Of a DNA stretch of 64,000 bases, positions 39,308 to 49,040 are shown in pieces. Position 1 is the first letter of the stretch. Every line of letters starts with the position of its first letter. Source of the stretch: Centroscyllium fabricii. Taxonomy: Eukaryota. Where the stretch lies: NCBI GenBank assembly GCA_051313645.2, contig JBNRSN020000003.1, positions 178,684,001 through 178,748,000 of the forward strand, given 5' to 3'. A program made the translations under genes and the position numbers. The notes under the pieces are model-generated. The model ran no database searches. It was not told the DNA's origin and was given only the letters and a program-made list of their open reading frames with translations.

Positions 39308-39560
39308 CTTCCTCAGTTTCATGCCACACAATCCCTTCCAGGTTTACACTAGTTCCTGGTTCACAAGGTCCAAGGCATTCTGGCTCAGTCACTACTCCAA
39401 CCTCGCATGTGTTTATACCCATTGAACGAGTCCTCACTAAAAGCTGCTCAACTGGGGCAGCAATGCTCGACGAAGAGGGAAAACAGGAAGGCAGAATCTG
39501 AGGGGCCATGCTGACCGAGATTGGTGGTGGAGGGGCAGGCACAGTGAACAAGGGATCAAC
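39308..39560 (-). CDS. ZNF608: Internal coding exon (253 bp) of zinc finger protein 608
   Basis: Encodes [15 protein letters not shown]...[51 protein letters not shown](G), recognised as ZNF608 (ZNF609 reads DVALATEPE...WQETEDG); acceptor tttttccag at 39561, donor gtaaga at 39307. Confidence 0.93.
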
Positions 39561-39789
39561 CTGGAAAAAATAGAAAAATGTTACCATCTGTATCTATAAA
39601 ATCACAACTTACCACACAGAGTCTAGGACTGCTGCATCACTATGTTTTGCTGGAAGTAAACTACAGCCCAATATCTTTGCCATAATCAAATAATTTTTGG
39701 AACGCTTACAAAATGACAAGTCTCACTCAGCCTTCAGTCTCATTTCATTGCCAATTAATAATCCTGTTCAAATATTGTGTGGTTTAAAC

Positions 39790-40251
39790 CAGGGGTCCCT
39801 AACCTTTTTGCGATCGCGGCCCATTTTGGGCTTGTCAATTTTTTCGCGGACCGGTGTGGGGGTGGGGGGGGGGTGCTGGCGGAGATTTTTGGACTGACCT
39901 GGGGGCGGGTGCTGCTGGGGATTGTTTGACTGACCGGGGGGGGTGGTGCTGGCGGAGTTTTTTAGACTGACCGGCGGGGGTGCTGTCTTCCGTCTGTGCC
40001 TCGTCTTCCGTCGGCGAATGATCGCTGCATGCGACGATTCACAGACCCTGCCGCGGCCCGTCGGCAATTGATCTGCGCATGCGCCGGTTCGCAGACCCTG
40101 CCGCGGACCGTCAGCGGATGATCAGCGAATGCGCCAATTCACAGACCCTGCCGTGGCCCGTCGGCAATTGATCTGCGCATGCGCCGATTCACAGAACCTT
40201 TCGCGGACCGGTAAAACTGTCGGTCCGTGGACCGGCGGTTGGGGAACACTG
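39790..40251. mobile_element. hAT (Charlie-like) MITE 1
   Basis: Ends caggggtccctaacc / ggttggggaacactg; 8-bp GTTTAAAC on both sides; internal ~50-bp repeats. Confidence 0.85.
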
Positions 40252-40259
40252 GTTTAAAC

Positions 40260-40637
40260 CAGCGGTCCCCAACCTTTTTTGGACCACGGACCATTTTGAG
40301 CTAGACAGTTTTTTCACGGACCGGGGAGGGGGGGAGGGTGCTGGCGGAGTTTTTTTCACTGAGCGGGAGGGGGGGGGGTGCTGGCGAGGGGTTTTTGACC
40401 TGGCGGGGGTTTTTTCGCGGACCGGGGCGGCGGGGTGCTGCGGCGAACATTCCTTCTGCGGCTGCGGCCCGGGGCGGAGGGAGCTGGGGTGCGGGCGGCG
40501 AACATTCCTTCTGCCGCTGCGGCCCAGGGCGGAGGGAGCTGGGGTGCGGGCGGCGAACATTCCTTCTGCCACTGCGGCCCGGTAAAAATGTTCCACGGCC
40601 CGGTACCGGGCCGCGGCCCGGCGGTTGGGAACCCCTG
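40260..40637. mobile_element. hAT (Charlie-like) MITE 2
   Basis: Ends cagcggtccccaacc / ggttgggaacccctg; GTTTAAAC on both sides; internal ~55-bp tandem repeat. Confidence 0.85.
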
Positions 40638-40831
40638 GTTTAAACCCTCAATAATATCATACATAAATACAGCAAATGCCATTTAAAGGTGCCTTTGGAA
40701 AGCACGTAGAATTGTGCAATACAGTATTGAGGAATAATAGGAGCCATCAGAAATAATCGGTCTTACCCCCTTATCCATCAAAAAGGAAAAGCATACCGTA
40801 CAAAAGTAACACATTAATGAGTATGTGCAAA

Positions 40832-43638
40832 TAGGGTTGCAAAGGGGTGGAAAGTTTCCGGTAAATTTCCAGAAATTTTCCACGGGAGGTTTAGCTTGGG
40901 AATTTTGCCCAAAAAAGCACATGCTAGCATAATATTGTTTTTTTTGTATTTCTTTCTTTTTTTTCCACAGGCCCTCTCTTAAAATTACTAACAGAGATGG
41001 AATCTTAATTATTAAGGAATTTCTTAATCAATAAATGTTTATCTTCTTACTTGGCTTGTTTTAATAATTACAAGTTTTGTGTGTGACTGTGAACAAATGT
41101 GTCCTGATTGGTTGGATGAGTGGATGAGCGATTAGCTCCCTCTATTTGTAATATTAGCATATCGAATTGTGATTGGCCTGCAGACATCTGTAAGACTGCT
41201 ATAGTTTTTTTAAGATCCAGGTTAGGGGTCCTGAGGGAAGTCATTTTGTTTTCTGCTGATGCTGTCATGATGCAGTAAGTAAATCAGACTTTATACCAAA
41301 TAAACCAGTTACTTGTTGAACTCTGTTGTCCTTCAATTTAAAATATACAAAATAATACACTATTGGTGATGTAGTGTCGTGTGTGTACAGGTCATGCTTC
41401 CATCACATGGAGCATCAGCAAAAATGTACTCACCCTGTTGCAATCGTGCTGATCAACCGCAGTTCGACACAGAGATGAATGCCCTTTATTTCTCTGCATA
41501 GAAAAATGCCACGTTTACCGTCGGATGTGTGGAAGCATTTTACCCCAGGCATTAAAGATGGAAAGACTGTGTACATGTGCAAACAGTGTACAAAGCCATA
41601 TGTAAAGAATGCCACAAAGATACAGCAGCATTTATCCAAATGCAACAACTTCACTCAAAGCTCACAGCAGTCAGCCCAGAGTTCCTCTGCTTCCATTAAA
41701 GAAGATGATGGTTCTCATTCAGCATCAGGCTCCTTATCATCAGCAACTCCTGGCCCACTTGGAAGGTTCTTTGATACAATGGATAACCATAGCCAGAAGA
41801 ATGCAGATGAGTGCCTTGCTCGAGCTGTATATGCAACAGGCTTACCCCTCATGCTCACAACCAATGTGTACTGGAAGAGATTTTTCAATGTTATTCGCCC
41901 TGCATACTGTTCTCCCACCAGACATGCTTTGTCTACTTATTTGCTGGAGGCTGAGTATAACAGAGTCCAAGGAAGGCTCAAAGAAACGATAGTGATGGCA
42001 GACTGTGTTGCAGTTATCTCAGATGGGTGGTCAAATGTACGAGGGGAGGGCATCATAAACTACATCGTCTCCACTCCTCTCCCAGTGTTCTTCAAGAGCA
42101 CAGACACGAAGGACAACAGACACACAGGCACATACATTGCTGATGAGCTGAAAGTGGTCATCAACGATCTTGGATCACAAAAGGTCTTTGCAGTAGTTAC
42201 TGACAATGCTGCGAATATGAAGGCTGCTTGGGCTCAAGTGGAGGAGGCCTACCCTCATATTACGTCTATTGGGTGCGCAGCTCATGGGCTTAACCTGCTC
42301 CTCAAGGACATCATGGGTTTGAGAACCATGGAAGCACTGTACAAGAGAGCCAAGCAAGTTGTTAAGTATGTCAGGGGAAAACAGGTAGTTGCAGCAACCT
42401 ATAACTCCAAGCAAATGACAAGGAACAAGAACACCACACTGAAGCTGCCCAACAACACTAGATGGGGTGGTGTTGTCATAATGTACAACAGCCTTCTGGA
42501 GGGTAAGGAGTCGCTGCAAGAAATGACAATATCCCAGTCTGGGGATATGGAAACCACCATCAAGAAAATACTGCTGGATGATGTGTTTTGGGAGAGAGTG
42601 GTTAGCAGCCTTAAACTACTCTCACCAGTAGCATCTGCAATTGCTCAGATTGAAGGAGATGAAGCTGTCTTGTCAGATGTTCTCAGGCTTTTTACTGATT
42701 TAAAAGAACAAATCAGCATTGACCTACCCACATCCCTGCTGCTCAAAGCAGAGGAGAAGGCAATTGTTCAATTCACACAGACGCGTCAAGAATTTTGTGT
42801 CAAGCCGATTCATGCTGCAGCATACATGCTGGACCCAAAGCATGTTGGGAGACCAATACTTTCTGGTGAACAGATCAACAGCGCTTAATGTGATTTCTAC
42901 CCTCTCACACCATCTCAATCTGGATGTGGGCAAAGTTCTGGGAAGTCTGGCAAAGTTCTCTACCAAGCAAGGTCTTTGGAATGGGGACGGGATATGGGAA
43001 TCATGCAAGCATATCAGTGCACATACGTGGTGGAAGGGAGAGGCCCTGTCACCTATTGCATCAGTGATACTCCAAATCCCACCTTCATTAGCGGTCTCTG
43101 AACGAAACTGGTCACTTTTTGGGAATACGCATACAAAGGTGCGCAACAGGCTGACTAACAAGAGAGTGGAGAAACTGGTGGCTATCCGGGCATACCTACA
43201 ACTTATTGAGCAAAATACAGAAGTGTCCACCACACAGCTAGACAGTGACACAGAGGAGGAAATGGACACGTCAGAGCCAGAGTCAGAGAATCAGGAGGAG
43301 GAATGATGAGTAGAAGACTCAGAAGACTCATGAGTAGAAGACTCAAAGGGACAACATAAAGACAAATTACAGGCTAAATAAGCTGACGCTCTTTTTATTT
43401 TATTTTAGATGGGTATTTTTTGTGGAGGTTCAATAAAGTTCAAAATTATAACCTAAATAAAGTTTTGAAAGCCTGTTTTTATTTGTATGGAACAGTATGT
43501 CTATTTTGATGACAAAGATAATATAAGGGTCAGAGACAAAAACCATCAGTGTGCAAAAAAACTCAAAATTCCCATAAATTCCCAAAATTCCCATGGAAAG
43601 TTTCCTCTTTTAAAAATTCCCGGAATTTTGCAACCCTA
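40832..43638 (+). mobile_element. hAT DNA transposon, near-autonomous
   Basis: TIRs tagggttgcaaa / tttgcaacccta; 8-bp duplication TGTGCAAA (40824-40831, 43639-43646); ggaaa/tttcc subterminal repeats. Confidence 0.93.
41506..43306 (+). pseudogene. hAT transposase (BED finger, DDE, C-terminal dimerisation domain), one frameshift near 42885
   Basis: VWKHF...CKQC...HLSKC BED finger; SDGWSN, VTDNAANM, CAAHGLNL, TRW; continues in the second frame as ERNWSLFGNTHTKVRNRL. Confidence 0.9.
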
Positions 43639-44085
43639 TGTGCAAAACATTAATCACCCAGAGAAAGATGCACTTGTGACAATGAATATTGTTGTAGATG
43701 GCCGCTACATGGTTTTCCCTATTCATAAAAGGAGAGGAAATTATGTTGAAGACCTACTGTACTTTGGAGGGGGAAATGTTTAATGAACAATCATTATAAA
43801 CAAACTTATTCAACATACTTAAGCTGCAGTATTCCTTTTATTGGTCCTTTTGTGGGCCTACACTGAAATTGTAAGTTATTGATAGTGAGTTCCAAGATAT
43901 GGGCTGGTTCTGACCCTTGATCATTAGAAAGAAGGTCATAGTTAGATTATCAATTTATACTCTCCATACACATCTGAACAAGCCTTACGAAGTGTGTGCA
44001 AACAAGACCAATTTATTGGTATGTGATGGTATCAGTTGCGACAAAGACACCAAATTGTGCAGGGTGCGAAGCTCAGCACAGATAA

Positions 44086-44155
44086 GAAAGAAAGAAAAAT
44101 TTGCATTTATATAGCGCCTTTTATGACCACCGGATATCTCAAAGCGCTTTACAGC
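44086..44155 (-). mobile_element. Deu-SINE 3' part, split by the Gypsy insertion
   Basis: ttgcatttatatagcgcctt...aaagcgctttacagc joins directly to 48669 onward. Confidence 0.8.
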
Positions 44156-44445
44156 TGTGGTGAAATAAGTCTTATAAGTATACCTCATTCTACCTGTGTA
44201 TAGTTCCCTATTGTAATCTATTGCAACCCTGCTGTTTTCTTGGTTGGTCAGGAATGTGTGTTCACTCTGTTGTGCCATTGATTATCCAGATCTGTGACAT
44301 CGCCCCTAGCTCCGCCTCCTTGTTCAGTCTGAGAAACCATTTCTGCAAGGCAACATGTGGCTCCAGTGCGGTCCAGTTCTAAGCTATTAAAAGCCAACTG
44401 TTTGAGTTATAACTACCTGTCTCAGTCTCTATTTAAGCCACATCA
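44156..44445 (+). repeat. 5' LTR (290 bp)
   Basis: tgtggtgaaa...cacatca; ATTAAA at 44386-44391. Confidence 0.95.
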
Positions 44446-44446
44446 A

Positions 44447-44464
44447 TTTTAATAGCTTAGAACT
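44447..44464 (+). promoter_or_regulatory. Primer-binding-site position complementary to the element's own LTR
   Basis: ttttaatagcttagaact is the exact reverse complement of 44375-44392; no TGG start typical of a tRNA PBS. Confidence 0.8.
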
Positions 44465-44471
44465 CCCAAGG

Positions 44472-47400
44472 ATGGACAGATTCCTGAAGCCAGAGCGGCT
44501 GGACACATTCGGCAGGCGCACCAAAGAAATTTGCACATTGGTGTTTCGAACATTTCATTGCATCACTCGATGATGGGGCCATCAAACTGGGCCGACTGAC
44601 TAACCTAGTAAGTCATCGGATTTACTCGCTAATTGAGGACGCCACTACATATAACGATGTGCTCGCGACTCTTAAGACGCAATACCAGAAGTCTGTTAAT
44701 GAGGTGTATGCCAGGCATCTCTTGGCTACCCGCAGGCAACTACCGGAGGAATCGCTGGATGATTTTCTACAGAACCTAAAGGCCCTGGTGAAGGACTGCA
44801 AATACCAGGCCGTGACAGCCATCATGTACCAGGAAGAAGCGGTTCGCGATTCGTTTATATTGGGCCTTCGATCGAATTACATTAGGCAGAGGTTGCCTGA
44901 AAAGGACACTCTGGATCTAAAGACGGCCGTGGCTACAGCTCGATCGCTGGATGTGGCGCAGAAGAACTCCAAGACCTATGCGTCAGGCCATGCGGCCCTC
45001 TCAACCTCGTGCGCGCCGAGTAAGGAGGCGCCATCCTCTCCGCCTAGGCCTCAGACCAGCCCTACACCACGGGAGTCTCCACCCAGCCCCACCACTGCAG
45101 CGATGTCCCGCGGACCAAGATGCTACTTCTGCGGCCAGCTCCAGCTCCCCAGACACCGATGTCCCGCGAGAGACGCCACATGTTTCAAGTGCAAGAAATG
45201 GGGACATTTCAGCAAGGTATATAAGGGGATACCCATACCCGATACTGTCTCCGCGGCCCTACATGTGGTCCCAGAATTTGATATCGTCTCAGCGGTCGCC
45301 CACAGTTCTACGATCGCCTCAATCACGGTCGACCAGTCCAGACCGCATCCACTATCGAAGTCTATGATGGACGTTAAGGTAAACGGACATCCGACGAAGT
45401 ATTTAATCGATTGCGGGAGTACTGAGAGTTTTATTCACCCTAACCTCATCAAACCGTACTCATTAAAGGTGCACCCTACCCGGAGCAAAATCGCGATGGC
45501 ATCTAAGTCCCTCACTTCGGAGGTAACCGGTTTCTGTAAAGTAACACTGACTGTTAAGGGCACAGAGCATAAAGATTTTAAACTCCTCGTGTTGCCACAG
45601 CTCTGCGTGAAACTAATTCTAGGCCTAGATTTTCAGTGCCACCATGAGAGCGTCACACTTGCATGTGGCGGATCACAGTCCCCACTCACAGTCTGCGGCC
45701 TCTCCACCTTAAAGATAAGCTCGCCATCCCTGTTTGCGAACCTCACCCCAAACTGTAGACCTATCGCAACCAAATGTCGACTGTGCAGTTCGGAAGATAA
45801 ACAATTTATAAAAGAAGAAGTAGGAAGGCTACAACGGGAGGGTATCATTGAAAACAGTAATAGCCCATGGCGTACTCAGGTAGTGGTGGTTAAAACTAAC
45901 GAAAAGAAACGGCTCGTGGTCGACTACAGCCAGACCATCAACATATATACGCAACTAGACGCTTATCCCTTGCCTCGCATCTCCGAGATGGTGAACCAGA
46001 TTGCCCAGTATCGTGTGTTCTCCACTATTGACTTAAAGTCTGCCTATCACCAGCTCCCCATAAAAGTAGACGACCGCCCTTACACGACTTTTGAAGCAAA
46101 TGGGCGCCTGTACCAATTCCTTAGGGTACCCTTCGGGGTAACAAATGGAGTTTCCGTTTTCCAACGGGTAATGGACCATATGGTAGATGAGAATAAGTTG
46201 GAGGCAACATTCCCATACCTGGACAATGTTACGATCTGCGGACACGACCAACAGGAACATGACCGGAATCTCGCAAAATTTCGAGAATCTGCCCAAAAGC
46301 TAAACCTGACCTATAACGAGCACAAATGTACTTTCAATACTACTCGTCTATGTATTCTCGGCTGCGTGGTAGAGAATGTGGTAATAGGGCCAGACCCTGA
46401 AAGATTACGCCCGCTTAAAAGAACTACCACTGCCACATAACCCTAAGGCCTTAAGAAAGTGTCTAGGATTCTTCTCTTATTATGTCCAGTGGGTAGCCAA
46501 CTATTCAGACAAAGCCCGAGCCCTTATCAAGTCAACGTCTTTCCCCCTATCAGTAGAAGCGCAGGAGGCATTCACCAACATCAAACGGGACATTGAAAGG
46601 GCTGTGGTATGGGCTGTAGATGAGAGTATACCCTTCCAGGTAGAGAGCGATGCTTCAGATTTCGCATTGGCTGCAACCCTCAATTAGGCCGGGAGACCGG
46701 TAGCCTTCTTTTCCCGTACACTACAGGGTCCTGAAATCAGGCATTCTTCCGTAGAGAAGGAAGCACAGGCAATTATCGAGGCAGTCAGACATTGGAGACA
46801 TTATCTCGCCGGCAAACATTTCACACTCCTCACTGACCAGCGGTCTGTGGCCTTCATGTTTAACACGAAGCAGAGAGGCAAGATAAAAAACGACAAGATC
46901 CTAAGATGGCAGACAGAACTGTCCACTTACGACTACGAGATTATGTACAGGCCAGGAGCACTCAACGAGCCACCCGATGCCCTATCTCGAGGGGTATGTG
47001 CCAGCCTTGGAACCAACAAGCTCCAAAGTCTACACGACGCACTCTGCCACCCTGGAATCACCCGATTGAATCACTTCATCAAGTCTCGTAACTTACCCTA
47101 CTCCATTGAGGAGGTCCGAACGATGACCAGGGCCTGCCGCGTTTGCGCGGAATGCAAACCCCACTTCTACAGGCCCGAGCAAGCCCACCTTATCAAGGCA
47201 ACTCGGCCATTCGAGCGCCTAAGCCTTGATTTCAAAGGTCCTCTCCCTTTGGTTGATCGTAATGTCTATTTCCTCAACATTATAGACGAATACTCTCGCT
47301 TCCCCTTTGCCATTCCCTGCCTGGACATGACCAGTGCTACGGTAATCAAAAGCCTCTGCAGCTTATTCTGCCTGTTCGGTATGCCCAACTATATCCATAG

Positions 47401-48112
47401 CGACAGAGGGATGTCGTTTATGAGTGATGAGTTATGCCGGTTCTTACTATCAAAAGTGATTGCTACTAGTAGAACCACTAGCTACAACCCCCGGGGCAAT
47501 GGGCAGGTTGAGAGGGAGAGTGCGACGGTGTGGAAGGCAGTCATTCTGTCTTTAAAATCGAAAGGCCTACCGACCTCTCACTGGCAGGAAGTTCTGCCCG
47601 ATGTACTGCATGCCATAAGGTCTCTGCTGTGCACCGCAACGAATGCTACTCCTCATGAGAGGATGTTCGGTTTCTCCAGGAAATCTTCCTCAGGTATTTC
47701 ACTACCCGGGTGGCTGACGTCCCCGGGTACTGTACTGCTACGAAAACATGTGAGAGGTCGTAAGATTGATCCCCTAGTGGAGGAAGTACAGCTCCTCCAC
47801 GCCAATCCTCAGTACGCATATATTCAATATCCTGATGGACGTGAGGATACTGTTTCAATAAAGGACCTGGCTCCAGCAGGAGAAGAGAGAGAGAGCGACA
47901 CTACTAGCAAAGATGCGGGTGTGGAGCGCCATGATGAGCCGCCTGTGGAGGCGGGATGCCCGGAGGTACAAGACATACAAAACGCCATTTTGGAAAACCC
48001 AGCCGACGCCGGGACGGTGGAGGAACCTGAGCAAGTTCCCCGGGAGGTTCCCCAGCCGACGCTACGTCGCTCGCTACAAACTGTAAAACCCCAGGTCAGA
48101 CTTAACTTATAG
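44472..48112 (+). pseudogene. gag-pol polyprotein, disrupted by frameshifts and stops
   Basis: MDRFLKPERLD start; Cys knuckles CYFCG...CFKCKKWGH; protease LIDCGS; RT IDLKSAYHQ, PFGVTN, YLDN; RNase H VESDASD; integrase HHCC and DDE (SLDFKGP, HSDRG, GQVER). Confidence 0.93.
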
Positions 48113-48122
48113 GAGGGGTGAA

Positions 48123-48663
48123 TGTGGTGAAATAAGTCTTATAAGTATACATAGAAACATAGAAGATAGGAGCAGGAGTAGGCCATTCGGCCCTTCGAGC
48201 CTGCTCCGCCATTCAATGAGATCATGGCTGATCATCCAAACCCAGGAGCCCGCCCCTGCCCTCTCCCCATTTCCCTCGATCCCCATCGAGCCTGCACCGA
48301 CACATATCTCACCCTATCTCCGTAACCCCACATATTCAATCCCCCTAACACTAAGGGTCAATTTATCATGGCCAATCAACCTAACCCGCACATCTTTGGA
48401 CTCATTCTACCTGTGTATAGTTCCCTATTGTAATCTATTGCAACCCTGCTGTTTTCTTGGTTGGCCAGGAATGCTGTGTTCACTCTGTTGTGCCATTGAT
48501 TGTCCAGATCTGTGACCTCGCCCCTGGCTCCGCCTCCTGGTTCAGTCTGAGAAGTCATTTCTGTAAGGCAACATGTGGCTCCAGTGCGGTCCAGTTCTAA
48601 GCTATTAAAAGCCAACTGTTTGAGTTGTAACTACCTGTCTCAGTCTCTATTTAAGGCACATCA
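48123..48663 (+). repeat. 3' LTR interrupted by a SINE
   Basis: Matches the 5' LTR apart from the 48151-48400 insert, about 10 substitutions and 1 indel by eye. Confidence 0.93.
48151..48400 (-). mobile_element. 5'-truncated HE1/V-SINE-like element inside the 3' LTR
   Basis: Reverse complement of the 13279-13534 sequence; absent from the 5' LTR. Confidence 0.92.
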
Positions 48664-48668
48664 ACAGC

Positions 48669-49040
48669 CAATTAAATACTTTTTGGAGTGTAGTCACTGT
48701 TGTAATGTGGAAAACGTGGCAGCCAATTTGCGCACAGCAAGCTCCCATAAGGAGTAAAATAATATTGACCAGATAATCTGTTTTTGTTATGTTGGTTGAG
48801 GGATAAATATTGGCCTAGACATCGGGAATAACTCCCTTCTCTTCTTCGAAATAGTGCCATGGGACCTTTTACGTCCACCAAAGAGAGCAGACAGGGCCTC
48901 GGTTTAAAGTCTCATCCGAAAGACAGCACTCCCTCAGCACTGCGGTGTCAGTCTAGCTTTATGTGCTCAAGTCCCTGGAGTGGAACTTGAACTCATAACC
49001 TTCTGATTCAGAGGATAGTGTGCTACCAACTAAGCACCAC
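48669..49040 (-). mobile_element. Deu-SINE 5' part (Deu core and tRNA head)
   Basis: gtgccatgggaccttttacgtccacc...cagacagggcctcggtttaa; head ggaacttgaactcataaccttctgattcagagg. Confidence 0.85.

Larger units (their letters stand above)
44156..48663 (+). mobile_element. Full-length Ty3/Gypsy LTR retrotransposon
   Basis: TG...CA LTRs, 5-bp duplication ACAGC (44151-44155, 48664-48668), purine tract aggaggggtgaa before the 3' LTR, order gag-PR-RT-RH-IN. Confidence 0.96.

Noticed and set aside
41058-41370. Possible solo LTR inside the hAT 5' region (aataaa followed by ...cactattggtg)
   Set aside because: No target duplication or second copy found; it may simply be the hAT promoter/intron.
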